Below are positions 42,745 through 52,784 of a stretch of 63,742 nt of DNA, in pieces; the first letter of the stretch is position 1; every line of letters starts with the position of its first letter. The notes under the pieces are model-generated. The model was not told where the DNA came from and ran no database searches. It saw only the letters and a program-made list of their open reading frames with translations. The stretch is from Thermodesulfobacteriota bacterium (GTDB taxonomy: Bacteria; Desulfobacterota; Desulfobacteria; Desulfobacterales; C00003060), in NCBI GenBank assembly GCA_034189385.1, contig JAXHVD010000024.1:1-63742 (forward strand). Reading direction: 5' to 3'. Made by a program: the position numbers and the translations under genes.

Positions 42745-43722
42745 ATGACAAAAGACTTTCCACTGAAAAAAGACAGAAGCCTGGTCCACCTTGGCGCCTT
42801 TGGGTTGGCCCTGCTTCTCTTTCCCTTCCTAGCCCAACGGATAAGCTTTATTGAACATTACCTGGATGTCATGGTCTTTGTGGGGATTTACAGTATTGTG
42901 GCCATGGGGCTCTGTCTCCTCATGGGCTATGCCGGACAGATCTCCCTGGGACACGCCTCTTTTTTCGGGTTGGGGGCCTACATCTCAGGTGTGATCACGG
43001 CCAAGTATGGTATCAACCCATGGCTTTGTATCCTCCTCGGCATGGGAGTCTCAGCCGTCGTTGCCACGATCATAGGGGGTCCCTCTTTGAGACTAAGGGG
43101 ACACTACCTTGCCATGGCGACCCTGGCCTTTTGTATTATTGTGACCGTTGTCTTCAATGAGAGCATCCCATGGACAGGCGGCCCTGACGGGCTGGCCTTT
43201 ATTCCGGGCATTTCCATCATGGGATGGGCCCTGGATTCAGTACTGAAGTACTACTACCTTGTCTGGACCATTGTTTTTCTGGTGTTATTTCTCTGCCTGA
43301 ACATTATCCGATCCAGGGTGGGCAGGGCCCTGCGGTCCATCCACGGCAGCGAGCTGGCGGCCAACGCCCTTGGCGTAAACGTGGACAAATACAAGATCTA
43401 TGTCTTTGTCTTCTCGGCTGTGGTGGCCTCCATTGGGGGGAGTCTGTATGCCCACTATTTAAATTTCATTAACCCTGCCAGCTTTGATCTCTTTGTATCC
43501 ATCAAGCTGCTCATCATGATTATCTTGGGCGGCATGCACAGCCTTTGGGGCGCTGTGGTGGGGGCTGCGCTCATTACCTTTTTGAGCTATGAATGGCTCC
43601 ACTTCTTTGAAGATGCCGAGGTCATGATCTACGGGGCCATTATCCTGATCATCGTGATCTTTCTGCCAGGTGGCCTCGTGAGCGTGCCGGCAAAGGTGAG
43701 AGGCTTTTGGAAGAGGTCATAG
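42745..43722 (+). CDS. Liv-type ABC permease (LivM-like)
   Basis: GYAGQISLGHASFFGLGAY, LRLRGHYLAMATLAF, SRVGRALRSI. Start uncertain. Confidence 0.9.
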   Translation: MTKDFPLKKDRSLVHLGAFGLALLLFPFLAQRISFIEHYLDVMVFVGIYSIVAMGLCLLMGYAGQISLGHASFFGLGAYISGVITAKYGINPWLCILLGMGVSAVVATIIGGPSLRLRGHYLAMATLAFCIIVTVVFNESIPWTGGPDGLAFIPGISIMGWALDSVLKYYYLVWTIVFLVLFLCLNIIRSRVGRALRSIHGSELAANALGVNVDKYKIYVFVFSAVVASIGGSLYAHYLNFINPASFDLFVSIKLLIMIILGGMHSLWGAVVGAALITFLSYEWLHFFEDAEVMIYGAIILIIVIFLPGGLVSVPAKVRGFWKRS

Positions 43723-43839
43723 CTGAAATATCCTGTTCCACAGGCGGCTTTCTTGGAGCAACGAGTCCGATTTCATGTCATCCGGGTATGAATACCTTCG
43801 GCCCTCGGCCCCCTGACCCCTCGAGTCCTTGAACCCTTA

Positions 43840-44886
43840 TCACAAACTGGGCCAGTAAGGCCTCTGAACCCTCACCACTTCATTAATGACGGGGGGGGCA
43901 GGCCCTTGTTCCAGGGCCTTGAGGTCGTCTTCAGTGAGAATGCTGTCCTGTGCCAGTTCCTTTAACACGGCCTTCACCGATTCCCGAAGTCCTGCCAGAT
44001 GATATCCTCCCTCCAGCGTCATTGCCAGTCTCTTGGAACAGCATGATTCGGCAATCTCCATTATGATGCGCGTCATGGCCGCATAGCCCTTTGGAGTGAC
44101 CCTCATCCCTCCCAGGGGATCGTCCACATAGGTGTCAAAGCCGGCAGAGAGCAGAATGAGCTCAGGTTCAAAGGCCTTGGCAACAGGGACAAGGATGTGC
44201 TGAAAGATCTGATAGAACTCCACATCCCCGTGGCCGACCCAGAGGGGGACATTGACGGTGAACCCCTCTCCGGCCTCGGTACCCACCTCCTTCAGGTTGC
44301 CGCTTCCGGGATAGTGAGGATACTGGTGGGTAGAAAAATAGAGTACGTTCGGGTCATCGTAGAAGGCGTGCTGTGTGGCATTGCCGTGATGAACGTCCCA
44401 GTCCACGATGAGGACCTTTTCCACAGAGTGGGTGTGCATGGCATAGCGGGCCCCAAGGGCTACGTTGTTGAAGAGACAAAACCCCATGGCCCTGTCCCTT
44501 TCTGCATGATGTCCGGGGGGCCTGACCAGGGCAAAACCGTTTTGCACGGTGCCGTCAAATATTTTGTCAATAAGAGAAAAAAGGCCGCCAGCGGCCAGCT
44601 TGGCCGCCTCATAGGAATGGGGCGTGGTTTGCGTGTCAGGATCAAGAGAGGCGTGGGGCTTGCCCTCCGTGGCAGCCACTTTTCGGGTATGAGATTCGCT
44701 GTGGATCCAGGCAAGTTCCTCGTCCGTGGCAGGCCGAGGCGAGATGGTCAGATATCTTCCCGCCATGTCTTCTGCATCCAGCATGTCATAAATGACCTGG
44801 AGGCGTTGGGGGCTTTCAACATGGGGATAATCAGCCAGGTGCTCTTTGTAGATGTCATGGCGAACCACGGCGGTAGCAAAAGACAC
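43840..44886 (-). CDS. Histone deacetylase family protein (AcuC/AphA-like)
   Basis: HVESPQRL, RPPGHHA, GFCLFNN, DWDVHHGNATQ, SAGFD, LEGGY. Confidence 0.93.
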   Translation of the reverse strand: MSFATAVVRHDIYKEHLADYPHVESPQRLQVIYDMLDAEDMAGRYLTISPRPATDEELAWIHSESHTRKVAATEGKPHASLDPDTQTTPHSYEAAKLAAGGLFSLIDKIFDGTVQNGFALVRPPGHHAERDRAMGFCLFNNVALGARYAMHTHSVEKVLIVDWDVHHGNATQHAFYDDPNVLYFSTHQYPHYPGSGNLKEVGTEAGEGFTVNVPLWVGHGDVEFYQIFQHILVPVAKAFEPELILLSAGFDTYVDDPLGGMRVTPKGYAAMTRIIMEIAESCCSKRLAMTLEGGYHLAGLRESVKAVLKELAQDSILTEDDLKALEQGPAPPVINEVVRVQRPYWPSL

Positions 44887-44909
44887 AGGCCCTCTCTTTG
44901 TTATGGGTG

Positions 44910-45065
44910 TTAGCGCCCACCGGCACCTTTAGGCCTGATCTGTCAAGACGCACAGATCTGACCGCCAGTCTTCTGGTGGGACTTGGCGATGCGTTCCAGA
45001 AGCCTCTTGAACCAGCCTCTTTTTGGGTGCCCTTGGGGTGTTGATGCCTTTTTGTGCCTTGCCAC
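44910..45065 (-). CDS. Unannotated small protein, candidate CxxU selenoprotein (51 aa; 40 aa if TGA is a stop)
   Basis: RBS TAAGGAGG and GTG start. Translates MARHKKASTPQGHPKRGWFKRLLERIAKSHQKTGGQICAS-TGA-QIRPKGAGGR-TAA; hairpin GGTGCC-GGTG-GGCGCT after the TGA. Confidence 0.65.
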
Positions 45066-45375
45066 GAAAGGACCTCCTTAAACTACGTTCGCCTTAACAC
45101 TTACGCCTCTACAGCCGGCTTGTCAACAGACACTTTGCCGGCTTTTGCCTTGACAACACCTTGCGGGGAGATTACAGGAGCGAAGGTTTCCCGTTCTTGC
45201 TTCTTGTCTTGCTGCCACCCGTGCACCGTGTCTTCGTCTCACTCACTGGAGACACTGGTGCCCAGAGAGATGGACTACGCTGCCCCTTTGCCTTTGGAAG
45301 GGGGCACCACGCCAGGGCGGTGGGCCGTTAGACACGGAAAGAACCATGGGCTCTTCCTGGTAAGAGGATCTCTAC

Positions 45376-45882
45376 ATGAGCACCAAAGAACACAAATCCC
45401 GCGCCCCAAAGTCTGTGAAGCTTGCCATCGTCACCGTTTCTTCGACCCGCACCCTTGAAGATGACAAGAGCGGGCTTTGGATGAAAAAGCAAGCGGAGAA
45501 AAAGGGACATGACCTGTTGTTTCATGAGGTGGTGCCCGACGATCAAGACGTGATTGCCGGGACTGTCCGTAGGATCATGGAAACGCACCAACCTCATGCC
45601 ATCCTGGTGACCGGCGGCACCGGCATAGGGCCTTCCGACGTGACGATTGAGGCGGTTCGGCCCATGTTCACCAAAGAGTTGACGGCCTTTGGTCCCTTGT
45701 TTGGCTTCCTGAGCTACGAAGAGATCGACGCTGCGGCATTGCTTTCCCGGGCCACGGCAGGCCTGATCGATCAGACCCTTGTCTTTTGCCTGCCAGGGAG
45801 CCTCAAGGCCTGTAAGCTTGCCTGCAAAGAACTCATTTTTCCTGAGCTTGGCCACCTCCTAAAGCACGTGCAAGAAGTCTAG
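45376..45882 (+). CDS. moaB: Molybdenum cofactor biosynthesis protein MoaB/MogA family
   Basis: IVTVSS.R..EDDKSG, VVPDD, VTGGTGIGPSDVTIEA, SRATAG, FCLPGS. Confidence 0.88.
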   Translation: MSTKEHKSRAPKSVKLAIVTVSSTRTLEDDKSGLWMKKQAEKKGHDLLFHEVVPDDQDVIAGTVRRIMETHQPHAILVTGGTGIGPSDVTIEAVRPMFTKELTAFGPLFGFLSYEEIDAAALLSRATAGLIDQTLVFCLPGSLKACKLACKELIFPELGHLLKHVQEV

Positions 45883-46100
45883 TTTCCATCCATAAATGGC
45901 CCTTTTCTCCGCCTCAGGCCGAGCAATCAGCCGAAGGCTGACAAGTCTGCGGGATCGCTTGTGCGATCTGCCCCCGCTGGATCTCCGCGCAATCCTTTGA
46001 TTTTTTTGACCTTGCGAATCCGCCCACGGCGGACTGAATTGGAAACTGACGCCACTGCCCGCTTCCTTCGAGGGGCGTCGTGGACGGGCACAAATCTAGC
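45879..46100. repeat. Non-coding structured repeat (MITE-like) after moaB
   Basis: Imperfect termini ctagtttccatccat...gtggacgggcacaaatctag with internal small hairpins. Only one copy in the window. Confidence 0.4.
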
Positions 46101-46380
46101 AAATTGCCCTCATGTAAGGGAGGAAATGGGCCGAAATAGGGATCAGGAGCGCACGGGGCTGTACAGGCTTATGAAAAAGCCTGGCATTTCCAGGCTAGGT
46201 TGGTCCCCTTCCAATATGCCCTCATAAAGGTTCACTTTTTGTGAACATCTGTTCAGTTTGGTGATACTCCCGTTTACCACCGGTGGAAAAAACGTGTTTC
46301 CATGTGCCCTGTAGGGCTGAAGCTCCCCCAAGATGCACATAACTAGCTGAAAAAGCGTTATTTTAGTCCTGGGGGAAAGA

Positions 46381-46396
46381 GGGCATACTTCTTGCT
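46381..46396 (+). promoter_or_regulatory. Putative sigma54 promoter
   Basis: GGGCATACTTCTTGCT has GG-N10-GC spacing, about 90 nt upstream of the 46483 gene. Confidence 0.55.
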
Positions 46397-46482
46397 ATTC
46401 ACTGGTGAGTGTAAGCAGATGGGCCAAGGCGTTCCGTGCGGCCGAGGGCTATGTCGGTACCAATAACACCTAAAGGAGGTAT

Positions 46483-46929
46483 GTGAAGATGAAGGCAAGA
46501 AAGTGTTTCACGATTCTTACGACGACGGCATTGTGCGTTCTTACGGTGATGGCGCTGCACAGCATGGGGGCCCAGTCAGTTGCACCCTTGAACAGAGCAA
46601 CTGCCGAGTATGCCTGCACTGTCACCCGGGCCAACGCAGCTTTAGGCCATAGCTACGTCAAACTCACCAACCTGGACGGCAATCCCTGTTTTGCACTGAA
46701 GTGGTTTAGATTACCAAAAGAGCAAGCATCAGAAATGATGACCACGGCAATGAAGGCCATGAATAGTGGCCAGGCCCTTTGTGTGAGTGTTGATATCCAT
46801 GATGGCATTTTCCCTCAAATACAAACCATGGATCTGAACACAAAGGCGAGCAGAAGCCCCGTTCCGGAGAAGAAGGGTTTTTTTCAGATCTGCCAGACCG
46901 TGTGCGCCAAATGTAGTGCACTGCTGTAA
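46483..46929 (+). CDS. Small secreted hypothetical protein
   Basis: RBS AAGGAGG; signal peptide; Cys-containing C-terminus. Confidence 0.65.
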   Translation: MKMKARKCFTILTTTALCVLTVMALHSMGAQSVAPLNRATAEYACTVTRANAALGHSYVKLTNLDGNPCFALKWFRLPKEQASEMMTTAMKAMNSGQALCVSVDIHDGIFPQIQTMDLNTKASRSPVPEKKGFFQICQTVCAKCSALL

Positions 46930-47142
46930 GGGGCACTGCAAACTTAAGCCCACAAAGCCGCCCCTTTCAGGATCGGCTATCCGGGACAACTCTTTGAAAC
47001 CCGAAACTGTTCGTGTCTTAAAAGGATAATACAAGCCTGGTTGCCAAAGATTAGGCAGGGTCAGGTGACTCTGTCTTGCCTCTTCAACGGGAATCATGTA
47101 TTGTTCCCGAATCCCATATCCCACTCCCTCAGAGGTGCGAAG

Positions 47143-47514
47143 ATGAAGGAATTTTTGTACGTTTATAGCGTCTTGTGCATAGCCTTAGGGGCTTGTCTGG
47201 TGCTCTACACCACGGAATGCAGAAGACTCCTTGGCAACATGTTAACGGGGATTGATCGAAAATTCCTCGCTCCACTACCGGCGATATTTGGCATCCTGCT
47301 GATAGTAGCCGCATCTCAAGCTCGCAATTCGGCCTTTATCAGGCTGCTCGGTATCATTGGCGTCGCCAAAGCAGGGTTTGTCTTTGTCAACCCAAAAGGG
47401 CTCTATGAGCAGGTTAACAACTGGCTCTTGAATTCAGCATCGGATCAGACCTTCAGGCTATTCGGAATCATTTCATTGGTACTGGGGACAGCACTCTTGT
47501 CTTGGATTCTATAG
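47143..47514 (+). CDS. Small integral membrane protein (about 4 TM)
   Basis: RBS GAGG before MKEFLYV; hydrophobic helices; 'SDQTFRLFG'. Confidence 0.7.
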   Translation: MKEFLYVYSVLCIALGACLVLYTTECRRLLGNMLTGIDRKFLAPLPAIFGILLIVAASQARNSAFIRLLGIIGVAKAGFVFVNPKGLYEQVNNWLLNSASDQTFRLFGIISLVLGTALLSWIL

Positions 47515-47551
47515 AAGTTGCCGGTCTCAGAGTAATCTATGAGAAAACCGT

Positions 47552-47824
47552 TTGGCCCTCGATCATGGACCTTGGCAAGAGCTGACAACTCGCAACCCGA
47601 TCCGGCACGGGTATGCCTCCTGCCGCGCCATCTTCACCTACGTGGGGCCGCAAAAACAGCTGCTCTCCAAAAACCTCTCCTTTACCCCCATGGTGCGCAC
47701 CCTGGCCGCTGCTTTTCCGGACACCCCTTTTGTCCGTTGTGTCGGGAACCCCGTGGAACACGTTGGGGTCACGGCTGATTCTTCGTTTGATTTGGCAGCC
47801 CCTAGAAGGCCCTCCAGATTTTGA
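47552..47824 (+). pseudogene. Possible sulfotransferase gene remnant
   Basis: QLLSKNLSFTPMVRTLAAAFPDTPFVRCVGNP resembles the K..F..L...FPDA.F....RDP segment of sulfotransferases; no full ORF. Confidence 0.35.
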
Positions 47825-47862
47825 GTCTTTCCTTCTTTGTCTGGCGTCCCGAGACGGTCTTC

Positions 47863-49446
47863 CTATGGCGCTGCCGTCTCGTGACTGTGGGTCATGGCAC
47901 CGTATTTCTTTCGGAGCTTCGGTTTTTCTATTTTCCCGGTAGGATTTCTTGGCACATGGCCGAATAGGATCTGTCTGGGCCTTCTGTATCTGGGCAGGTC
48001 CTGGCAAAACTCCAGGACCTCTTCCCGGGTGAGGGTTTGGCCTTCCTTGACCTGGATCACGGCCGCTGCAATCTCTCCCAGACGTGTGCTGGGCAGCCCA
48101 ATGACAGCCACGTCCTGAATCTTGCCATGTGATTGCAGAAAATCCTCGATTTCCACTGGATAAATGTTTTCTCCGCCACTGATAATGACATCCTTCTTTC
48201 GATCTACCAGCCAGATGAAACCGTCTTGGTCCTGCCGGGCAATGTCGCCTGTGGCAAGCCACCCATCAAAGAGCGTCTCGGCTGTGGCTGCAGGATTCCC
48301 ATAGTACTCCTTCATGACGCCAGGGCCCTTTACCATCAATTCCCCTGCCGAACCAGGAGGGACCAGGCGGTGGTCGTGGTCCACGATCTTGTATTCCCAG
48401 TCAAACCCCGGAAGACCGATAGCCCCTACCTTGTGGGGGTTTTCCACACCAAGGTGGACACAGCCCGGTCCCGTACTCTCTGTGAGACCGTAGTTGGTGT
48501 CGTAGGCGTGATGGGGAAAGACCCGTTTCCACTCCTTAACCAGGCTGGGCGGTACGGGCTGGGCCCCGATGTGCATGAGGCGCCAGTCTTGAAGACGGTA
48601 GTCGTCCAGCCTCAACTCTCGGCTTTCAATGGCGAAGAGAATGTCCAGGGCCCAAGGGACAAGGAGCCACACGATGGTCACCTTCTCTTCAGAGACGGCC
48701 TCCAGGATCCACTCGGGAGAGACCCCTTTAAGGATCACAGCCTTGGCACCCACCAGAAAGTTTCCGAACCAGTGCATCTTGGCCCCTGTGTGGTAGAGGG
48801 GAGGGATACACAGGAAATTGTCGGCATGGGTCTGATGGTGGTGACGGTTTTCTAGAAAACAGGCAAACTCCAGGTTGCGGTGCGTCAACAGGGCTGGCTT
48901 GGGGGTGCCGGTGGTGCCTGACGTAAAGTAGAGCCCGGCGGCATCGTAGAGGGTCACATTGGTTCTAAGGTCCTCTTTTGGCGTTGACGACACCACCTCG
49001 GAGTAGGCTTCGGTAAAGGAGGGACGGCTTTCTTCAGGGCCGACAAAGAGGTAGTGGCCGATGGTGCTGTCCAAGGCCTCTTTGATCGTAGAGATCCTCT
49101 CAACAAACTCCTCCCCGAAGATGCAAGCCTTGGCCTTTGCAATCCCGGCACAGACCTTGATGTCCTTAGCGACAAAACGGTAGTTCAGGGGAACGACCCA
49201 TGCCCCTGAGCGGAGGATGCCGAAATAGATGGGGAGCCACTCCATGGAGTTGGTCATGAGCTGGATCACCTTGTCCCCCTTGCCCACTCCACGGGCAATC
49301 AAGGCGTTGGCTACGGCATTTGCCTCTTCATGGAATTGCCTCCACGTGATTTGCCTCCGTTTTCCCTTTGCCGGGTCCCTCTCAATAAGGGCCACCTCGT
49401 CGCCATACATGCGGGCGTTGCGGGACAATATCTCTGTTACGAGCAT
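47863..49446 (-). CDS. Class I adenylate-forming acyl-CoA synthetase
   Basis: YFTSGTTGTPK, YGLTES, GWLATGD, DRKKDVIISGGENIYPVEIE, PRNPTGKIEK. Confidence 0.92.
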   Translation of the reverse strand: MLVTEILSRNARMYGDEVALIERDPAKGKRRQITWRQFHEEANAVANALIARGVGKGDKVIQLMTNSMEWLPIYFGILRSGAWVVPLNYRFVAKDIKVCAGIAKAKACIFGEEFVERISTIKEALDSTIGHYLFVGPEESRPSFTEAYSEVVSSTPKEDLRTNVTLYDAAGLYFTSGTTGTPKPALLTHRNLEFACFLENRHHHQTHADNFLCIPPLYHTGAKMHWFGNFLVGAKAVILKGVSPEWILEAVSEEKVTIVWLLVPWALDILFAIESRELRLDDYRLQDWRLMHIGAQPVPPSLVKEWKRVFPHHAYDTNYGLTESTGPGCVHLGVENPHKVGAIGLPGFDWEYKIVDHDHRLVPPGSAGELMVKGPGVMKEYYGNPAATAETLFDGWLATGDIARQDQDGFIWLVDRKKDVIISGGENIYPVEIEDFLQSHGKIQDVAVIGLPSTRLGEIAAAVIQVKEGQTLTREEVLEFCQDLPRYRRPRQILFGHVPRNPTGKIEKPKLRKKYGAMTHSHETAAP

Positions 49447-49488
49447 GGGTTTATCCTTTTTGGGAAAGAAGTATCCAAAGGGTTCCTC

Positions 49489-49606
49489 ACGTTCAAGAGT
49501 TGAGGCATAGGCTACCTAAAGGCATTGGATGCCGAAGAGAAGCGATTATCCCTATCTCAAAGTTGGTGGTCCAGAAATCCACCAAGCCAACACTGTTGAA
49601 CGTTAC
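49489..49606. mobile_element. Internally deleted MITE family A copy
   Basis: acgttcaagagttgaggca joined directly to taggctacctaaaggcattgg...cactgttgaacgttac. Confidence 0.75.
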
Positions 49607-49628
49607 GAAACGGTTAAAGGAGACGGCC

Positions 49629-51560
49629 CTAGTCTTCCAGGGTGGTCAGGTCTCCAGGCTTCACGCCCAATTCTTCGGCCTTCAGGACCCGTCGCAATAT
49701 TTTCCCGCTACGGGTCTTGGGGAGCGTCTCCTGGAAAGAAATGCCTCTAATGATCACAAGGGGTCCCATCTTCTGTCTCACATGGCTCTTTAATTCATTG
49801 ACGAGTACATCTTCGTCTTCCTCTACACCCTTTTTCAGGGTCACAAAGATCTTTGCCACTTCCCCGCGGACCTTGTCGGGGACACCAATGGCAGCGGCCT
49901 CTGCCACCCACCTGTGGCTCACCAGGGTGCTTTCCACTTCTGCCGTACTGATGCGATGGCCTGCAATGTTTAAGACGTCATCGGAGCGGCCCTGAAGCCA
50001 GAAGTAACCGTCTTCATCCTTTACGGCCATGTCACCGGTAAAATAGACGCCAGGGATCTTGGACCAGTAGATCTCCTCGAATTTGTCAGGCTCCTGGTAC
50101 AGGGTCCTGGCCATGGCCGGCCAAGGCTCCTTGATGACCAAGAAGCCTCCCTTGTCCGGCGTCACCGGCTTTCCCTTGGCATCCACCACATCGGCCTGAA
50201 TGCCGGGAAAGGGCTTATAGGCAGAGCCGGGCTTTAAGACACTGCACGGCACGGGCGTGATCATGAGCATGCCCGTTTCTGTCTGCCACCACGTATCCAT
50301 GACAGGACACTGTTCGTTTCCCACATTTTTATAATACCAGAGCCAGGCCTCTGGGTTGATCGGCTCTCCTACGGACCCCAACAGGCGCAGGGTGGACATG
50401 TCATGCTTTTTCGGGTGATGGGCCCCAAAACGCATGAGCATACGGATAGCAGTGGGCGCTGTGTAGAGGATATTCACCCCGTATTTTGCCACGATTTTCC
50501 ACATGCGGTCTGGAGAGGGATACAAGGGGTGCCCCTCGTAGATGACGGTCGTGGTGCCGGCAATCAGAGGCCCGTAGACGATATAGCTATGCCCCGTGAT
50601 CCAGCCTGGGTCAGCGGTGCACCAGAAGATGTCCGTCCCCTTGATGTCAAAGACCCATTTTAGGGTGCGATCCAGCCCTACCTGATAGCCACCATGGACA
50701 TGGACCACCCCCTTTGGTTTGCCCGTCGTCCCTGAAGTGTAAAGAATAAATAGGGGGTCCTCCGCGTCCATGGGCCTGGTTTCAAAGTAGGGGCTTTCTC
50801 CTTCTACGAGGTCCTCGTAGCGCATGTATCGGCCATCTGTCATGTCAACGGGGATATGGGCCCAGTCGATGACGATCACGTGTTCTATGGTGGGACAGTC
50901 CACCAGGGCCTCATCCATCATCTCTTTCAGCTTGATGACCTTGCCGTTTCGGTGAAAGCCGTCGACGGTGATGATGGCCTTTGCCTTGGCGTCGTTGATC
51001 CGCTCCCGCAAGGCGATGGCACTAAAACCAGCATAGACTACACTGTGGATCGCCCCGATCTTTGCGCAGGCCAGCATGGCCACTGCCGTGTGTGGAATAT
51101 TGGGAAGATAGATGGTGACCCGGTCCCCCTTGGTGACACCGAGGGCTGTAAGGGCATTGGCAAACATATTGGTGTATCGGTACAGGTCATAGTAGGTCAT
51201 GCGGGCACGGACGCCCTCCTCGCTTTCAAAGATGATGGCGACCTTGTTCTTGCGATCTGTCTTGATGTGGCGGTCTAAGGCGTTGTAGGCAATGTTCGTC
51301 TTTGCGTTGACAAACCACTTGAAAAAGGGGGCGTTGCTCCGATCCAGGACTTTATCCCATTTCCTGAACCAGTCCAATTCGTGGGCCGCCTCTTCCCAGA
51401 AGCCTTCCAGGTCATGGAGCCCTCTCTTCACCGCCTCTTGGTACAGGACTGGATCAACGTTGGCGTTGGTCACCAATTCCGGCAGCGGCCGAAAGAGGCG
51501 CTTTTCTTCTAAGAGTGTTTCCGTGGTTTCCCTTTCTGATTGGTCCTTCTTCTCTGTCAT
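49629..51560 (-). CDS. acs: Acetate-CoA ligase (AMP-forming)
   Basis: LYTSGTTGKPKGV, WCTADPGWITGHSYIVYGPL, DTWWQTETG, GRSDDVLNIAGHR, LPKTRSGKILRR. Confidence 0.93.
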   Translation of the reverse strand: MTEKKDQSERETTETLLEEKRLFRPLPELVTNANVDPVLYQEAVKRGLHDLEGFWEEAAHELDWFRKWDKVLDRSNAPFFKWFVNAKTNIAYNALDRHIKTDRKNKVAIIFESEEGVRARMTYYDLYRYTNMFANALTALGVTKGDRVTIYLPNIPHTAVAMLACAKIGAIHSVVYAGFSAIALRERINDAKAKAIITVDGFHRNGKVIKLKEMMDEALVDCPTIEHVIVIDWAHIPVDMTDGRYMRYEDLVEGESPYFETRPMDAEDPLFILYTSGTTGKPKGVVHVHGGYQVGLDRTLKWVFDIKGTDIFWCTADPGWITGHSYIVYGPLIAGTTTVIYEGHPLYPSPDRMWKIVAKYGVNILYTAPTAIRMLMRFGAHHPKKHDMSTLRLLGSVGEPINPEAWLWYYKNVGNEQCPVMDTWWQTETGMLMITPVPCSVLKPGSAYKPFPGIQADVVDAKGKPVTPDKGGFLVIKEPWPAMARTLYQEPDKFEEIYWSKIPGVYFTGDMAVKDEDGYFWLQGRSDDVLNIAGHRISTAEVESTLVSHRWVAEAAAIGVPDKVRGEVAKIFVTLKKGVEEDEDVLVNELKSHVRQKMGPLVIIRGISFQETLPKTRSGKILRRVLKAEELGVKPGDLTTLED

Positions 51561-51581
51561 ATCCTTTTCCCTTCTAAACAT

Positions 51582-51793
51582 GATGGAATCGTAAAAAGTA
51601 CATTTTGCTCTCTCCGTGAGCCTTTGCGCCTACGGGCTTGAAAAAAGATGGGCGCACCTGTAATGTTTGGCTAAAATGCCAAAACTCGGGCTAAGGCCCT
51701 CAAACAGTTGGCATTTCTTAACGCCCAACATCCCAGGTGCTCTTCTCCCAAAATGCTCAATGTCGTTCGCAAAAGACTTCTTACGAGTTTATC
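51582..51793. mobile_element. MITE family B element with different internal sequence
   Basis: Termini GATGGAATCGTAAAAAGT...ACTTCTTACGAGTTTATC resemble those of 38255-38387. Confidence 0.65.
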
Positions 51794-51880
51794 AAAATAT
51801 AAGATTCTGTCTTTCCTCTGGCCCGTGGGTAAGTAGAATGGCCGTGTGTTGGTCTTGCCTGCAGGTTGAGCGCTTCTTTC

Positions 51881-52773
51881 CTATCCAAAGAGGCTGCGCC
51901 GGTCCAGGCTGCGATATTGAATGGCTTCTGACACATGATTGACGCCGATGTCCGGGGCTTGGTCAAGGTCGGCAATGGTCCTTGCGATTTTTAGTATCCG
52001 ATTGAAGGCACGGGCCGAGAGCCCGAGCTTGTCAATAGCAGCCTCAAGGAGCCTGTGGCCATCAGGGCCTACGGGACAGTATTTTTTGATCTGGCGGTTG
52101 TTCATCTGGGCGTTGCAGTGAATCTTGGTCCGCTTCAACCTGTGGGACTGGGCGGTCCGCGCCCCATGCACGCGCTCTCTTATGGCGGCAGAGGTCTCGG
52201 CCTTGTCCATGCTCGCCAGGTCTTTGTAGCGCACGGCCGGCACTTCCACATGAATATCCATGCGGTCCAGAAGAGGGCCTGAGACCTTGGAGCGATAACG
52301 ATGAATCCTGGTATGAGTGCAGGTGCATTCATGTTTGGGATCGGAAAAATAGCCACAAGGGCACGGATTCATGGCAGCCACCAGCATGAACCTGGCCGGG
52401 TACGTGATACTGGTCACGGCCCTGGCAATAGTGACGCAGCCGTCTTCCATGGGCTGACGGAGGACCTCTAAGACGTGCTTCTTGAACTCCGGCAATTCAT
52501 CCAAAAAGAGCACCCCGTTGTGGGCAAGACTCACCTCGCCCGGCCTTGGGACATGGCCCCCACCGATGAGGCCCGCGTCTGAGATGGTGTGGTGGGGGGC
52601 ACGAAAGGGTCTTCTGGTCACCAGTGCCTTCTCTTTGGTGAGCATCCCAACCACGCTGTAAACTTTGGTGGTTTCAATCGCCTCCTCAAAGGTAATGGGA
52701 GGCAAGATGGTTGCAAGACGCTTGGCGAGCATGGTCTTGCCAGCCCCAGGAGGGCCGATCATGATAACATTAT
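51881..52773 (-). pseudogene. comM: comM/yifB 3' half (interrupted by the integrated element)
   Basis: [77 protein letters not shown]. Confidence 0.95.
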
Positions 52774-52784
52774 ATAATGTTTAA
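52760..52784. other. att junction at the integrase end
   Basis: Core catgataacattat plus element arm ttatataatgtttaa, which overlaps the integrase stop codon. Confidence 0.88.
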
